Below are positions 29,038 to 39,743 of a stretch of DNA of 64,000 nt, piece after piece (the first letter of the stretch is position 1; each line of letters opens with the position of its first letter). This DNA comes from a bacterium (GTDB lineage: Bacteria; UBA8248), in NCBI GenBank assembly GCA_963692865.2, contig OY843592.1:1536001-1600000 (forward strand), in the 5' to 3' direction. The translations under genes and the position numbers were made by a program. The notes beneath the pieces were generated by a model that was not told where the DNA came from, ran no database searches, and saw only the letters and a list, made by a program, of their open reading frames with translations.

Positions 29038-29946
29038 TCAGGTGATGACGACGATGGTGCCCGCAACGGTCAGGAGCGCGCCCAGGACGAGCCGGGGCGT
29101 GATGTTCTCCATCTCGCGCAGGAACAGCCAGCCGAGCGCCAGCACGATGAGCGGCTGGGCGGAAACGAGGGCCGTCACGCGAACGGCGAGCGTGTGGACG
29201 AACGCGAAGTTGTAGAACGGCACGGCGATCGACTGGCAGACGGCCGCGGCGAGAATCCACCTCCAGGCCGAAGCGGGTATGGGGCCGCGCGATTCCTCGC
29301 CCCTGCTCAGCGTCATCAGCAGCAAGGCCGTGGCGGCCCCCACCCAGAGCGCTATCGCGGCGGTGGCGAGCGGATGGAGGTTCAGTGACGCCTTTTTGAA
29401 GAAGATGGCGGCCACGCCCCAGAGCAGCGAGGTGACGCCCGCGGAAATCCAGCCGAACAGCTTCCACCTCGCGCCGCGGGTTTCGCCTTCCGCATCCCGG
29501 GATGGTTCGGCCTGAACGATGAGCGTGATGCCGACGAGGAGAATCGCGAGACCGGCGAAGATGGAGAGAGTCGGCGTCTCGCTCAGCATGAACGACGCCG
29601 CAACGGCGGTTATGGCGGGATACGTCAACGCGATGGGGATGGAGCGGTTCGGCCCGATGCGGTGGATGGCGCGGTAGTAGAACGAGCGCGATATGCCGAT
29701 GTGGAAAAAGCCCGCGATGAAGGCGAAAGCCAGAGTGGCCTTGGTGACGCCCTGAAAATCGTCGATAGAGATGAAGCCGATGGCGATGAGCGTCACGATA
29801 GCGGCGTTTACGGTCGTGACGGCGGCGGTGACCTTGAGGACGGGCGCGTTCATGAGCGCGCGCTTGATGAAATAGACGAACACCGCCCATGCGGCCGAGG
29901 CTATCGAGCCAAGCAATACGCCGTAGGCGTTCGATTCGGGGGTCAT
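29038..29946 (-). CDS. EamA/DMT family transporter
   Basis: Two EamA repeats, about 10 TM segments. Confidence 0.9.
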   Translation of the reverse strand: MTPESNAYGVLLGSIASAAWAVFVYFIKRALMNAPVLKVTAAVTTVNAAIVTLIAIGFISIDDFQGVTKATLAFAFIAGFFHIGISRSFYYRAIHRIGPNRSIPIALTYPAITAVAASFMLSETPTLSIFAGLAILLVGITLIVQAEPSRDAEGETRGARWKLFGWISAGVTSLLWGVAAIFFKKASLNLHPLATAAIALWVGAATALLLMTLSRGEESRGPIPASAWRWILAAAVCQSIAVPFYNFAFVHTLAVRVTALVSAQPLIVLALGWLFLREMENITPRLVLGALLTVAGTIVVIT

Positions 29947-30009
29947 CTCAGCGGCGCCGCGCGGACGGATGCGCCGCGCGCCGGGACCTTCGAGGGGCGG
30001 CCAATGAGG

Positions 30010-30633
30010 TTATTTGTCGGGATTGATGCAGAGCACCGCGCGCCAGTAGTCGAAGATGTTCACGCGCTCCTGGTGTTCGAGGAGCAGGTTGTTCGCCTCG
30101 AGGAGGGGCTCCAGGTCCAGCGTGGTCTCCCAGCCGAATTTCTTGCAGACGCCGTTGATGAGTTCTTCGAACTTCGCCAGCAGGAACTTCTGGCTCTTGA
30201 AATGGTTGATGAAGACGATGCGCCCGCCCGGCTTGCACACGCGGCATATCTCCGAGACGACCTTGTGCGGGTCGGGGGCCGCGCTCACCACGTAGCAGGC
30301 GGTCACGCAGTCGAAGGTGTCGTCCGCATACTCCATGTTCTGCGCGTCCATGACGGAGAGCTTTACGTTGTCGAGTCCGAGCTTCTCTATCTTCTCCTTC
30401 GCCTTCTCGAGCATTTTCGAGGAGATGTCGATGGCGATGATCTCCGACGTCGACGGGTAGAGCGGCAGGGAGAGTCCGGTGCCCACGCCCACTTCCAGCA
30501 GCTTCTCGCCCGGCTGGAGGTCGAGCATGTCGACGCAGACGGTTCGGCCCTCGTTAAACACGTCCTTGAATACGAAGTCGTAGAATTTGCCCCAGCGATC
30601 GTATATCTTGATGACAGAGTCCGGTGATTCCAC
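30010..30633 (-). CDS. Class I SAM-dependent methyltransferase, PmtA-like phospholipid N-methyltransferase
   Basis: YDRWGKFYDFVF, LLEVGVGTGLSLPLY, RVCKPGGRIVFINHF; GTG start after GAGGG. Confidence 0.8.
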   Translation of the reverse strand: MESPDSVIKIYDRWGKFYDFVFKDVFNEGRTVCVDMLDLQPGEKLLEVGVGTGLSLPLYPSTSEIIAIDISSKMLEKAKEKIEKLGLDNVKLSVMDAQNMEYADDTFDCVTACYVVSAAPDPHKVVSEICRVCKPGGRIVFINHFKSQKFLLAKFEELINGVCKKFGWETTLDLEPLLEANNLLLEHQERVNIFDYWRAVLCINPDK

Positions 30634-30832
30634 TTTACATCCCTCAATCAAGTTTCCGCGCCCGCAACTGCGCGGAATCCGTCGGGCGATGGCCGCAACT
30701 ACGGAAAAACGTCCGGGCGTGCTTCCCGGATTGATATGAGCCTCTTCCTTCCAACTTCGGAAGATATGCCATATTCTAGGCAAAATGAAAAAATTTTTCC
30801 ACATCCACGAACGATAGTGATTACGGGAGAGT

Positions 30833-31624
30833 ATGATCATGGCGTGGGAGACCATCGATTTCGAGGAGGAGAACGGCCTGGCCCTCGTTCGGCTCAACCG
30901 CCCCGAGGCGCTCAACGCGCTCGACCGCCAGATGGCGAAAGACTTGTACGAGGTATGCGAGCGGTGCGACGAACCCGAGGTCCGCGCGATGGTCCTGAGC
31001 GGGGCGGGGCGCGCCTTCTGCGCGGGCGGGGATTTGAAGGAAATCGAGGCGCGCATCCGGGCGGGGGAGCGTATGGAGGAGTTCCTCTGGCCGGACTATC
31101 AAAGAGCGCTGGCGAAGCTCCACGAGGTCCGCTGCCCGACGATAGCCGCCGTCCATGGTTTCGCCGTGGGCGCGGGATGTGATATCGCTTTGGCCTGCGA
31201 CATCCGCCTGGCGGGCGAGGGCGCCTCGTTCGGGCAGGTGTACTCGAAGGTGGGGCTCGTCCCCGATTGCGGGGGCACGTTTTTCCTGCCCCGCGTCGTG
31301 GGCGGTGCGAAAGCCCTGGAGTTGATACTGACGGGCGAGGTCATCGACGCGCGCGAGGCGCTGGCCATCGGTCTCGTCCGCTCGGTTCATCATGACGATG
31401 CCCTCATGGAGGAGGCGATCGCCTTCGGAAGAAGGCTCGCCGAGGGACCCTCGATTGCGCTTCGCGCGGCGAAGAAGCTCGTTCGCGGCTCGGGCGGCCT
31501 CGACGCGGCGACGGCGCTTCGCGCGGAAGCGGGCGCGCAGGCCGAGACCGTCGCCAGCCGGGATTTTCAGGAAGGCATCGCCGCTTTCCTGGAGAAGAGA
31601 AAACCCCGGTTCCGGGGCGAATGA
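30833..31624 (+). CDS. Enoyl-CoA hydratase/isomerase (PaaG-like)
   Basis: LNRPEALNAL, FCAGGDL, KVGLVPDCGGTFFLPRVVG. Confidence 0.9.
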   Translation: MIMAWETIDFEEENGLALVRLNRPEALNALDRQMAKDLYEVCERCDEPEVRAMVLSGAGRAFCAGGDLKEIEARIRAGERMEEFLWPDYQRALAKLHEVRCPTIAAVHGFAVGAGCDIALACDIRLAGEGASFGQVYSKVGLVPDCGGTFFLPRVVGGAKALELILTGEVIDAREALAIGLVRSVHHDDALMEEAIAFGRRLAEGPSIALRAAKKLVRGSGGLDAATALRAEAGAQAETVASRDFQEGIAAFLEKRKPRFRGE

Positions 31625-31658
31625 CGGCTCCCCGGCGGTTCGGGGCCGGCGCCATGCA

Positions 31659-31978
31659 GGGGCCGTTGGAAAACCCTGTTCCGGGGTCGGGCGGACACAC
31701 AGGTCCACCCCTGCGTTTCGTTTCGCAGAGGTTGGCAGGTCAGACATATATGTCTGACATATCATGCGACCCGTATTGTGAAGGCGACAAGGCAGGGCCG
31801 CATGATATGCGGCCCCTACGGTGAGATCCCGACAGGCTCGCAAGGGGTTTTTCAACACCCCCGAGAAAGGAGCGTTTGTATCGAAGGGCGAGCAGGCATC
31901 CTTCGATACGCGGCTTCGCCGCTACTCAGGATGAGGCGGAGAAGGGTTTTTCAACAACCCCATCGAGGGGGAGTCATT
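31659..31978. repeat. Composite REP/MITE cluster
   Basis: gttggaaaa left end, gtcagacatatatgtctgac, gggccgcatgatatgcggcccctac, two tttttcaaca right ends. Confidence 0.8.
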
Positions 31979-32065
31979 CCATGAGCGTATGTCGATTGAA
32001 AAATCCACTATCTGTTTATTTTTGGGATGATTCGACAATCCCCGCATAAAGGACGCTTCTCGGGC

Positions 32066-33028
32066 ATGGAAGCATATTTCTCGACTTTTCCCATCTGGGC
32101 GAATTTCATATTCTTCGCCGCGGGTCTCCTCATCATCACGAAAGGCGCGGACTGGTTCACCGACGGCGCCGTGGGCGTCGCCGAGATCACGGGAATTCCC
32201 AAAGTGGTCGTCGGCGCGACCCTGGTGAGCCTGGCGACGACGGCTCCCGAATTCAGCGTCTCCGTCATCGCGGCCTGGCTGGAGCATCCCGCCACGTCCG
32301 TGGGCAACGCGGTCGGCTCCACCATCTGCAACATCGGTCTCATTCTGGCGGTGGCGTTCCTGCTCGATTCCGTGCCGCTCGCCCGTGAAGATGTTCTGCC
32401 GAAGGGCTTTTTCATGCTGATGCTGGGCGTGCTGATCGTTCTGCTGGGCTGGGACGGGAAACTTGCCCGGGTGGAAGGAGCGGTTTTGTTCGCCCTGGCG
32501 CCCGTTTATCTGTGGTTCACCATGAAGCGTGGCACATGGTCGGATTTCGATTTCGCGAGCGCGATGATCGACCGGGAGAAACAGCACGTCGGGCTGCGGT
32601 TCATCGCCGGCTCGCTCGCGGTCGTTTTCGGCAGCGTGCTGCTCGTCCAGAACGCGGCCCATCTGGCCCGCGCCATGGGCGTTCCCGAACTGGTCATCGC
32701 CCTCACGCTCGTGGCGATCGGCACGTCGCTGCCCGAACTGGTCACGGCGGTTTCCGCGTCTTTGAGCGGGCACGGGGACATGGCCGTGGGCAACGTGCTG
32801 GGCGCGAACGTCCTGAACATCGCGTGGGTTCTGGGCGGGGCGTCGCTCATCGCGCCCCTGGGCATCGAGCGGCAATCGTTCGTTCTGGATTTCCCCTTCA
32901 TGCTCTTGATGATGGCCGCGTTCGTTCTTCTCGCCGTGTGGAGGCGCAGGCTCGGGCGCGGCGCGGGGCTCGCGCTCCTGGCGGGGTACGTGTGCTATCT
33001 GGCGCTCATGCTCGCCTGGTTCGTTTGA
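32066..33028 (+). CDS. Calcium/sodium antiporter (YrbG/CaCA family)
   Basis: Alpha repeats SLATTAPE/GNAVGS and GTSLPE/GNVLGAN. Confidence 0.93.
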   Translation: MEAYFSTFPIWANFIFFAAGLLIITKGADWFTDGAVGVAEITGIPKVVVGATLVSLATTAPEFSVSVIAAWLEHPATSVGNAVGSTICNIGLILAVAFLLDSVPLAREDVLPKGFFMLMLGVLIVLLGWDGKLARVEGAVLFALAPVYLWFTMKRGTWSDFDFASAMIDREKQHVGLRFIAGSLAVVFGSVLLVQNAAHLARAMGVPELVIALTLVAIGTSLPELVTAVSASLSGHGDMAVGNVLGANVLNIAWVLGGASLIAPLGIERQSFVLDFPFMLLMMAAFVLLAVWRRRLGRGAGLALLAGYVCYLALMLAWFV

Positions 33029-33133
33029 AGACCTCCGGCCCGGAAAACAATTTTCGCTCGCCGCCGTTTGCCGGTATATTGGGGGTCGGTTTTTCGGGAT
33101 TGTATTTCGGTGTTCGCAGAGAAGAGGAATGAG

Positions 33134-33988
33134 ATGGACGTGAAAAAGATATTCGCGCTCAGCGCGGCGGTTCTGCTCCTCGGCGGCCTCGGCGCCGAAG
33201 GGGCGAGCAAGAAAACCGGCCCCTCCAGGAAAGATATGGAGCAGGTCGTGGTCGAGGTGAACGAGAAGAAAATCACGCTGGGAGAAATCGAGGCGAGGCT
33301 CAAACGCCTGGCTCCCGCCGTGCGCATCCGCATCCGCAAGAACAAGGGGCGGTTCCTGGAAGGCCTCGTGCAGGGGGAACTCCTGTATCAGGAAGCGGTT
33401 CGCCGAAAAATAGGCGAGTCTGCCGAGATACGGCAAAGGGTCGAGCGCCTGAAGCGGAGACTCGTCATCGAGGAATTCCTGAAACGCGACGCGGAGGCGG
33501 CGGGCGCGTCCGAGCAGCAGTTGCGCGACTTCTTCCTCGCCAACAAGGAGCGGTTCCGCCGCAGGGAGTCGGTCACCCTCGCCCATATCGTGCTCAAAAC
33601 CGAAAAAGAGGCGTGGGACGCCGTCGCCGAATTGCGCAAGGGGACGCCTTTCGCGCAGGTGGCGAAGCGGCGCTCCATCTTCGAGTCCACGCGCGATTCG
33701 GGCGGGATGATGGGAACGGCCGAGCGGGGGGCGTTGGACAAGGCGCTCGAAGACGTGGTCTTCAAACTGCCCATCGGCCAGCCGAGCGAGCCGATTCGCA
33801 CCTCCGTCGGCTGGCAGGTGATACGGGTGCTCGAGCGCATCGGGGCTGCGGATGCGAAGTATGAGGACGTGGAGGACGACGTGAGGCTCGTATATTCGGA
33901 ACTCAAGCGAAGCGAGAGGTACGAGGGGCTGCTCAGGCGCCTGCGCGAGGGAGCGAAAATCAAGGTTCACGCGGACCGGTTCAAATAA
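33134..33988 (+). CDS. Exported PpiC-type peptidyl-prolyl isomerase/foldase
   Basis: Signal peptide, SurA-like N-domain, parvulin domain ([11 protein letters not shown]...FAQVAKRRS...GGMMG). Confidence 0.85.
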   Translation: MDVKKIFALSAAVLLLGGLGAEGASKKTGPSRKDMEQVVVEVNEKKITLGEIEARLKRLAPAVRIRIRKNKGRFLEGLVQGELLYQEAVRRKIGESAEIRQRVERLKRRLVIEEFLKRDAEAAGASEQQLRDFFLANKERFRRRESVTLAHIVLKTEKEAWDAVAELRKGTPFAQVAKRRSIFESTRDSGGMMGTAERGALDKALEDVVFKLPIGQPSEPIRTSVGWQVIRVLERIGAADAKYEDVEDDVRLVYSELKRSERYEGLLRRLREGAKIKVHADRFK

Positions 33989-34061
33989 ACCGGCGGGCGG
34001 GCGGCGTCGCGCGCTATTCACATTTTTTCCACAGTTTCTCCCCCGAAGATGCACGAGCTAT

Positions 34062-34119
34062 CCACAAGAAATTGTGCTTTTGACCCAAAAAAGCGTTGAC
34101 GGAGCACTATATCTTGTGG
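34062..34119. promoter_or_regulatory. Tandem NrdR-box-like sites upstream of dcd
   Basis: ccacaagaaattgtgc (34062) and gcactatatcttgtgg (34104), 42 bp apart, versus consensus acaCwAtATaTwGtgt. Confidence 0.6.
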
Positions 34120-34385
34120 TTATATGGTTTCCCTCGAAACATGGTGAGCAAAAAGAATGCCAGGCGCGTCTCGCTCGTTTCGAGCCTGAGAAGCGCTTGC
34201 GGATCGCCCCCGTTTCGGGCGGACAGGGGTGGTCATCTGGGGGTGGGGGGAGTTGGTCTCCTCTCGCCCCCAGATATTATGCGTCCGGGTATTTCCACCG
34301 CCGACGCGCGGCGCTTCACGTATCTCCGGTTTCGGATGGAGCCGGGGGTTTTCGCCTCCCGCCCGGGAGGGTCGAGGTTCACGCG

Positions 34386-34940
34386 ATGTCGATAAAGTCG
34401 GACAAGTGGATATCGAGGATGGCGCGCGAGCGCGGCATGATAGAGCCCTTCGAGGACAAGCAGGTGCGCGAGGGCGCCATCTCCTACGGCGTCTCCTCCT
34501 ACGGCTACGACATCCGCATCGCCGATGAGTTCATGATCTTCACGAACGTGAACTCCACCATCGTGGACCCGAAGAATTTCGACGAGCGCTCGCTCGTCCA
34601 CGTCAAGGCCGACACCTGCATCATCCCGCCCAATTCCTTCGCCCTCGCCAAGACGGTGGAGTATTTCCGCATCCCGAGAAGCGTGCTCACCGTCTGCGTC
34701 GGCAAGAGCACCTACGCGCGCTGCGGCATCATCGTGAACGTTACGCCCTTCGAGCCCGAGTGGGAGGGTTTCGTCACCCTCGAGGTGTCGAACACCACGC
34801 CCCTGCCCGCCAGAATATACGCGAACGAGGGCATCGCGCAGGTGCTGTTTTTCGAGAGCGACGAGGAGTGCGAGACCTCCTACGCCGACAAGAAGGGCAA
34901 ATACCAGAAACAACAGGGCCTCACCCTGGCGAAGCTGTAG
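34386..34940 (+). CDS. dcd: dCTP deaminase
   Basis: [38 protein letters not shown]. Confidence 0.97.
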   Translation: MSIKSDKWISRMARERGMIEPFEDKQVREGAISYGVSSYGYDIRIADEFMIFTNVNSTIVDPKNFDERSLVHVKADTCIIPPNSFALAKTVEYFRIPRSVLTVCVGKSTYARCGIIVNVTPFEPEWEGFVTLEVSNTTPLPARIYANEGIAQVLFFESDEECETSYADKKGKYQKQQGLTLAKL

Positions 34941-35130
34941 GCCATGTTGCATTTGTAGGGACAGGCCCCCGTGCCTGTCCAAGGTCGCGGCCCGCCCTTG
35001 TTTTTCCCTCCAAAACCCTTGTTTTTCTTTTCCCTTTTATGTTTCACGCTCCTGTTGTATGATGATCCCATCTTAGCCCGCCCGCAAAGCGGACTCTCCC
35101 GCTTCATCGATCTTCACGGGAGGCGTTCTC

Positions 35131-35616
35131 GTGCCCCAGGAACTCTCTCACGTCGACGGGCAGGGCCGCGCCCGGATGGTGGACGTCGGGGAGAAGGAGG
35201 TTACCCGCCGCGAAGCCGTGGCGCGCGGCCGCCTCGAGATGGCGCCCGAAACCCTGAATCTTATCCTGGCCGGAGGTATGCCCAAGGGCGACGTGCTGGG
35301 GACGGCGCGCATCGCGGGCGTCATGGCGGCGAAGCGGTGCGCGAGCCTCATCCCCATGTGTCATCCGCTGCGCATATCGAGCGTGGAGATGGAATTCTCG
35401 GCGGACGAGCCGCTCGGCCTGTTGCGCATCCAGGCCACCGTGCGCGCGCAAGACAGAACGGGCGTGGAGATGGAGGCGCTGACCGCCGTGAGCGTGGCGG
35501 GCCTGACCGTCTACGACATGTGCAAGGCGGTGGACAAGGGCATGGCGCTCTCCGATATTCGGCTGGTGAGGAAGACGGGCGGAAAGAGCGGAGATTTCAT
35601 TCTGGATGAAGCGTAA
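35131..35616 (+). CDS. moaC: Cyclic pyranopterin monophosphate synthase
   Basis: MVDVGEK, LIPMCHP, TGVEMEAL, YDMCKAVD. Confidence 0.97.
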   Translation: MPQELSHVDGQGRARMVDVGEKEVTRREAVARGRLEMAPETLNLILAGGMPKGDVLGTARIAGVMAAKRCASLIPMCHPLRISSVEMEFSADEPLGLLRIQATVRAQDRTGVEMEALTAVSVAGLTVYDMCKAVDKGMALSDIRLVRKTGGKSGDFILDEA

Positions 35617-35824
35617 GCATGTTCGGTGTCTTTATTTTTTGTGGGTGATACGTCCGACCCGCTCCCGCCCTTTGCCCGACACTGGAGGTGGAATGCCCCG
35701 AGCCGGGCGTTTCACGGTCGAAGGCGTTTTGGATTCCGCCTGAAATCACCACGAAACAAGGTTGTCTTAATATGCGATTGCTACTTTTACTGTTTATTCC
35801 TGAATATGGCGAAGGAAACATATT

Positions 35825-36904
35825 ATGAATGAAACCACCAAAAAGATGCCGGTGGAGACGATACCGGTGGAGAAAAAGGAGGAAACGAGCCGCCTGGGCC
35901 TGATTCTGGGCGCTCTGTTCATCGTTCTTTGCGGCGTCCTGGGCGCGGCGCTCGCCGAGGCCCTGCTCACGCCGGGCCGGATGGCCGGTCTGGCCGGAGG
36001 CGCCTTGACGGGCGTTTTGCTGCTGGCGCTCGCCAGGGAACTGGGCAAGCTCAAAGTCGGCGTTCTGGGCGGCGGGGCGGCCGGCCTGCTCCTGGGGCTT
36101 CTCGCCGCCTTGCTGGTCTGCGCTCTCATCGGCGAGGCGTTTGCGCAAAACGTCCGCCCCCTGGCCGCCGCGTCTACGGGTTTACTGTTCAGCGCTCTGG
36201 GCGTTTTTCTCGGCTCGTCGGCGGGGGGGCGGTATTCAACGCCTCTGCCCGCCAAGGGGCAAGACTCGGGCGCCAAGAAGCACCATCACGCCAAGATTCT
36301 CGACACCAGCGTCATCATCGACGGGCGCATCGCGGACATCTGCGAGGCGGGCTTCGTCGAGGGTCCCGTGGTGGTGCCCCAGTTCGTGCTCAAGGAATTG
36401 CAGCAGATCGCGGATTCCTCCGATTCCCTGAAGCGAAACCGGGGGCGCCGCGGCCTCGACGTCCTCCAGCGGATTCAGCAGAACCAGGACCTCAACATCG
36501 AGATCACCGAGATCGACTTCCCCCGCGTGAAGGAGGTGGACACCAAGCTCGTGCTCCTGGGCAAGGAGATATGCGGCAAGGTGATGACCAACGACTTCAA
36601 CCTGAACAAGGTGGCCGAGCTCCAGGGGGTGCGGGTGCTCAACATCAACGAACTGGCGAACGCGGTCAAGCCGGTCGTCCTGCCAGGCGAGGACATGAGC
36701 GTCTTCGTCATCAAGGAGGGCAAGGAGCACAACCAGGGCGTGGGCTATCTCGACGATGGAACCATGGTGGTGGTGGATCATGCGAAGCATCGCATCGGGG
36801 AGCAGATCCCCGTCTCCGTGACGAGCGTCCTGCAGACCACCGCCGGACGGATGATTTTTACGAAAATACGAGATGAATCCGAACTGTCGCGAACCGGCGC
36901 CTGA
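35825..36904 (+). CDS. PIN/TRAM domain membrane protein (YacL-like)
   Basis: [45 protein letters not shown]. Confidence 0.93.
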   Translation: MNETTKKMPVETIPVEKKEETSRLGLILGALFIVLCGVLGAALAEALLTPGRMAGLAGGALTGVLLLALARELGKLKVGVLGGGAAGLLLGLLAALLVCALIGEAFAQNVRPLAAASTGLLFSALGVFLGSSAGGRYSTPLPAKGQDSGAKKHHHAKILDTSVIIDGRIADICEAGFVEGPVVVPQFVLKELQQIADSSDSLKRNRGRRGLDVLQRIQQNQDLNIEITEIDFPRVKEVDTKLVLLGKEICGKVMTNDFNLNKVAELQGVRVLNINELANAVKPVVLPGEDMSVFVIKEGKEHNQGVGYLDDGTMVVVDHAKHRIGEQIPVSVTSVLQTTAGRMIFTKIRDESELSRTGA

Positions 36905-37637
36905 GCGCGCGCGCTCTTCTCCCGCATTGCCGAATCCCGACGAGGTGGCGGCGGTCGTTCCCGCCGCGGGCAGGGGCTTGCGCCTGCCCGGCTCGGTGGC
37001 GAAGCAGTTCAGAAGCCTCGCGGAAAAGCCCCTGTTCCATCACCCTCTTTTGCGGATCGCGCGCGCGCGGTTCGTGGGCCGGATCGTCGTGGCGATTCCT
37101 CCCGCCTCGGCTCCGCCCGATCTGCCCGACGGTCTGGATGTGCCCGTCGAGGTCGTCGAAGGCGGCGCGCGCAGGCAGGATTCGGTTCGAAACGGCCTCG
37201 CCGCCTTGGGGGAGGACGTCTCCTGGGTGGTCGTGCACGACGGGGCGCGGCCCCTCGTGACTTCCGAACTGCTTGAGAGGTGCCTCCTCGGCGCGGCGGA
37301 GACGGGCGCCGCGATCGCGGCCCTGCCCGTGGTGGATACGGTGAAGGCGGGCGACGCCGGGGGATTCATCCGGGCCACGCGCCCGCGCGAGGGCCTATGG
37401 CTCGCCCAGACGCCCCAGGTGGCGCGCCGCGAACTGCTCGCGCGCGCGATGGCGTGGGCGGACGCGAATGATTTCGAGGGAACCGACGAGGCGGCCCTGC
37501 TGGAGGCGGTCGGCGTGCGGGTGAAGCTTGTGGAAGGAAGCGCCGAGAACATCAAGGTGACGACGCCCGGCGACATGGCGCGCGCGGCGCGCCTGATGGA
37601 ACTCGAACGACATGCCGAAGCGGAGGCTTCCGCGTGA
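36873..37637 (+). CDS. ispD: 2-C-methyl-D-erythritol 4-phosphate cytidylyltransferase
   Basis: [30 protein letters not shown]; true start may be slightly downstream. Confidence 0.93.
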   Translation: MNPNCREPAPERARSSPALPNPDEVAAVVPAAGRGLRLPGSVAKQFRSLAEKPLFHHPLLRIARARFVGRIVVAIPPASAPPDLPDGLDVPVEVVEGGARRQDSVRNGLAALGEDVSWVVVHDGARPLVTSELLERCLLGAAETGAAIAALPVVDTVKAGDAGGFIRATRPREGLWLAQTPQVARRELLARAMAWADANDFEGTDEAALLEAVGVRVKLVEGSAENIKVTTPGDMARAARLMELERHAEAEASA

Positions 37638-38116
37638 TTCGCGTCGGGGTAGGCTACGACGTCCACCGGTTCGAGGCGGGGCGCAAGCTCATACTCGGCG
37701 GCGTGGAGATCCCCTTTGAGCGAGGCCTCGCCGGACACTCCGACGCCGATGCCCTCATCCATGCGATGATCGACGCGCTTCTGGGCGCGGCGGCCCTGGG
37801 CGACATCGGCGCGCACTTTCCCGACACGGACGAGGCCTATCGCGGCGCGGACAGCAGGGAACTCCTCGCGCGAGTCGTTGCGCTGCTCGCGGAACGCGGC
37901 ATGAAGCCGAACAACGTGGACTCCGTGGTGGTGGCGCAAAGACCGAAACTCGCCCCCCATATCCCTGAAATGCGCGAGGTCGTCTCCTCCATTCTGGGAA
38001 TCCCGCCCGATCGGGTGGGGATCAAGGCGACGACGGGCGAGGGACTCGGCTTCACGGGGCGCGAGGAGGGCGTCGCCGCGCACGCGGTTTGCACGATCAG
38101 CGTGGATTCTCCTTGA
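37634..38116 (+). CDS. ispF: 2-C-methyl-D-erythritol 2,4-cyclodiphosphate synthase
   Basis: [26 protein letters not shown]. Confidence 0.97.
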   Translation: MIRVGVGYDVHRFEAGRKLILGGVEIPFERGLAGHSDADALIHAMIDALLGAAALGDIGAHFPDTDEAYRGADSRELLARVVALLAERGMKPNNVDSVVVAQRPKLAPHIPEMREVVSSILGIPPDRVGIKATTGEGLGFTGREEGVAAHAVCTISVDSP

Positions 38117-38209
38117 CGCCCATCGGCGCGGCATGACAAATTTCCCCCCGAACGCGACCCGAAGCGCATGTTTCACGCCTGGATACACGCCGATACCGGA
38201 GAAAGCCAT

Positions 38210-39673
38210 TTGGGCCTTCAGCTATACAACACGTTGACGAAGAAGAAAGAGCCCTTCGAACCCCTGGAAGCGGGGCGCGTGAAGATGTACGTCTGCGGGG
38301 TGACGGTGTACGATCACTGCCATCTCGGCCACGCGCGCGCCGCCATCGTCTTCGACGTGATCCACCGCTATTTCGAATACCGGGGCTATGAAGTCAACTT
38401 CGTGTGCAACTTCACCGACGTGGACGACAAGATCATCGCCCGCGCCCGGCGCCTCAAGATTCCCATCAATGAACTGACCGAAAAGTTCATCGGCGAATAC
38501 TACGCGGACATGGACGCGCTCGGCGTCCGGCGGGCGGACGCCGCCCCCCGCGCCACGGAGAACATCGAGGGCATGATCGAGATGATCGAGAAGCTCATCA
38601 AGAAGGGAATCGCCTACGAGATGGCGGGCAACGTCTATTACGATATCGGGAAATTCGCGGGCTACGGCAAGCTCTCGGGCCGCAACACCGAGGAACTGGA
38701 AGCCGGCCACCGCATCGAACCGGGCGAGGGCAAGCGCAACCCGCTCGACTTCGCCCTCTGGAAGGCGGCGAAGCCCGGAGAACCCGAGTGGGAGAGCCCG
38801 TGGGGGCCGGGCCGGCCCGGCTGGCACATCGAGTGCTCCGTCATGTCGAGCCGCTACCTGGGCGAGCGCTTCGACATCCACGGCGGGGGGGAGGACCTGG
38901 TGTTCCCCCACCACGAGAACGAGATCGCGCAGAGCGAGGGCTGCTACGGCCACGAGTGGGTGCGCTACTGGGTGCACAACGGCTTCGTGCAGATCAACCA
39001 CGAGAAGATGAGCAAGTCGAAAGGCAACTTCTTCACCATCAAGGCGATTCTGGAAGACCACCCCGCCGAGGTGATCCGCTACTTCCTGTTGGGGACGCAC
39101 TACCGGCATCCGGTGGATTATTCGGATCAGGTGGTGGGCGACGCGAGAAAGGGACTCGACAGGCTCTACAACGTGCGGCTCAGGCTCGCCGGAAGCGGCG
39201 GAGAAGACTTAGGGAGCTGGCGCGAGCGGGTGGAGGAGGCGGTCGCCGCCTTCCGCGCCCAGTTCGTTGAGGCGATGGACGACGATTTCAACACCGCGCG
39301 CGCCCTGGGCTATCTCTTCGATTTCGCGCGAAGGGTGAACGGCTTCATCAACGAGGCGGGGGCGCTGCCGGAATCCGCGGCGCAGCCTGCGCGCGAGGTG
39401 TTCGAAGAAGTGGGCGGGGTGCTCGGCCTGTTCGCCCGCTCGCCCGAGGAGTGGTTCCGAAACGCCGCGGGCGTCTCGCCCCCGGAAGGAGAGGGGGATC
39501 AAAACGGCGTCCTGCGCGACGAGGAGATAGAAGCGCTGCTCGAACGGCGCGCCGAGGCCCGGGCGAGCAGGGATTTCCCGGAAGCCGACCGCATCCGCGA
39601 AGAACTCGCGGCGGCCGGCATCGTTTTGGAAGACGGCCCAGGCGGCACCCTCTGGAAGCGCAGGGCGCCGTGA
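38210..39673 (+). CDS. cysS: Cysteine--tRNA ligase
   Basis: CGVTVYD, HLGH, GRPGWHIEC, KMSKS; TTG start after GGAG. Confidence 0.98.
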   Translation: MGLQLYNTLTKKKEPFEPLEAGRVKMYVCGVTVYDHCHLGHARAAIVFDVIHRYFEYRGYEVNFVCNFTDVDDKIIARARRLKIPINELTEKFIGEYYADMDALGVRRADAAPRATENIEGMIEMIEKLIKKGIAYEMAGNVYYDIGKFAGYGKLSGRNTEELEAGHRIEPGEGKRNPLDFALWKAAKPGEPEWESPWGPGRPGWHIECSVMSSRYLGERFDIHGGGEDLVFPHHENEIAQSEGCYGHEWVRYWVHNGFVQINHEKMSKSKGNFFTIKAILEDHPAEVIRYFLLGTHYRHPVDYSDQVVGDARKGLDRLYNVRLRLAGSGGEDLGSWRERVEEAVAAFRAQFVEAMDDDFNTARALGYLFDFARRVNGFINEAGALPESAAQPAREVFEEVGGVLGLFARSPEEWFRNAAGVSPPEGEGDQNGVLRDEEIEALLERRAEARASRDFPEADRIREELAAAGIVLEDGPGGTLWKRRAP

Positions 39674-39743
39674 CGACGCGCGCGGGCGAGGCCGAAGGTT
39701 GCGCGCGCGCCGGGTCTCATCCCGTCCCCGAAGAGCATAACCC

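Noticed and set aside
34020-34130. Replication origin at the DnaA boxes
   Set aside because: Only two or three boxes, no clear unwinding element and no dnaA/dnaN context; promoter regulation fits better.
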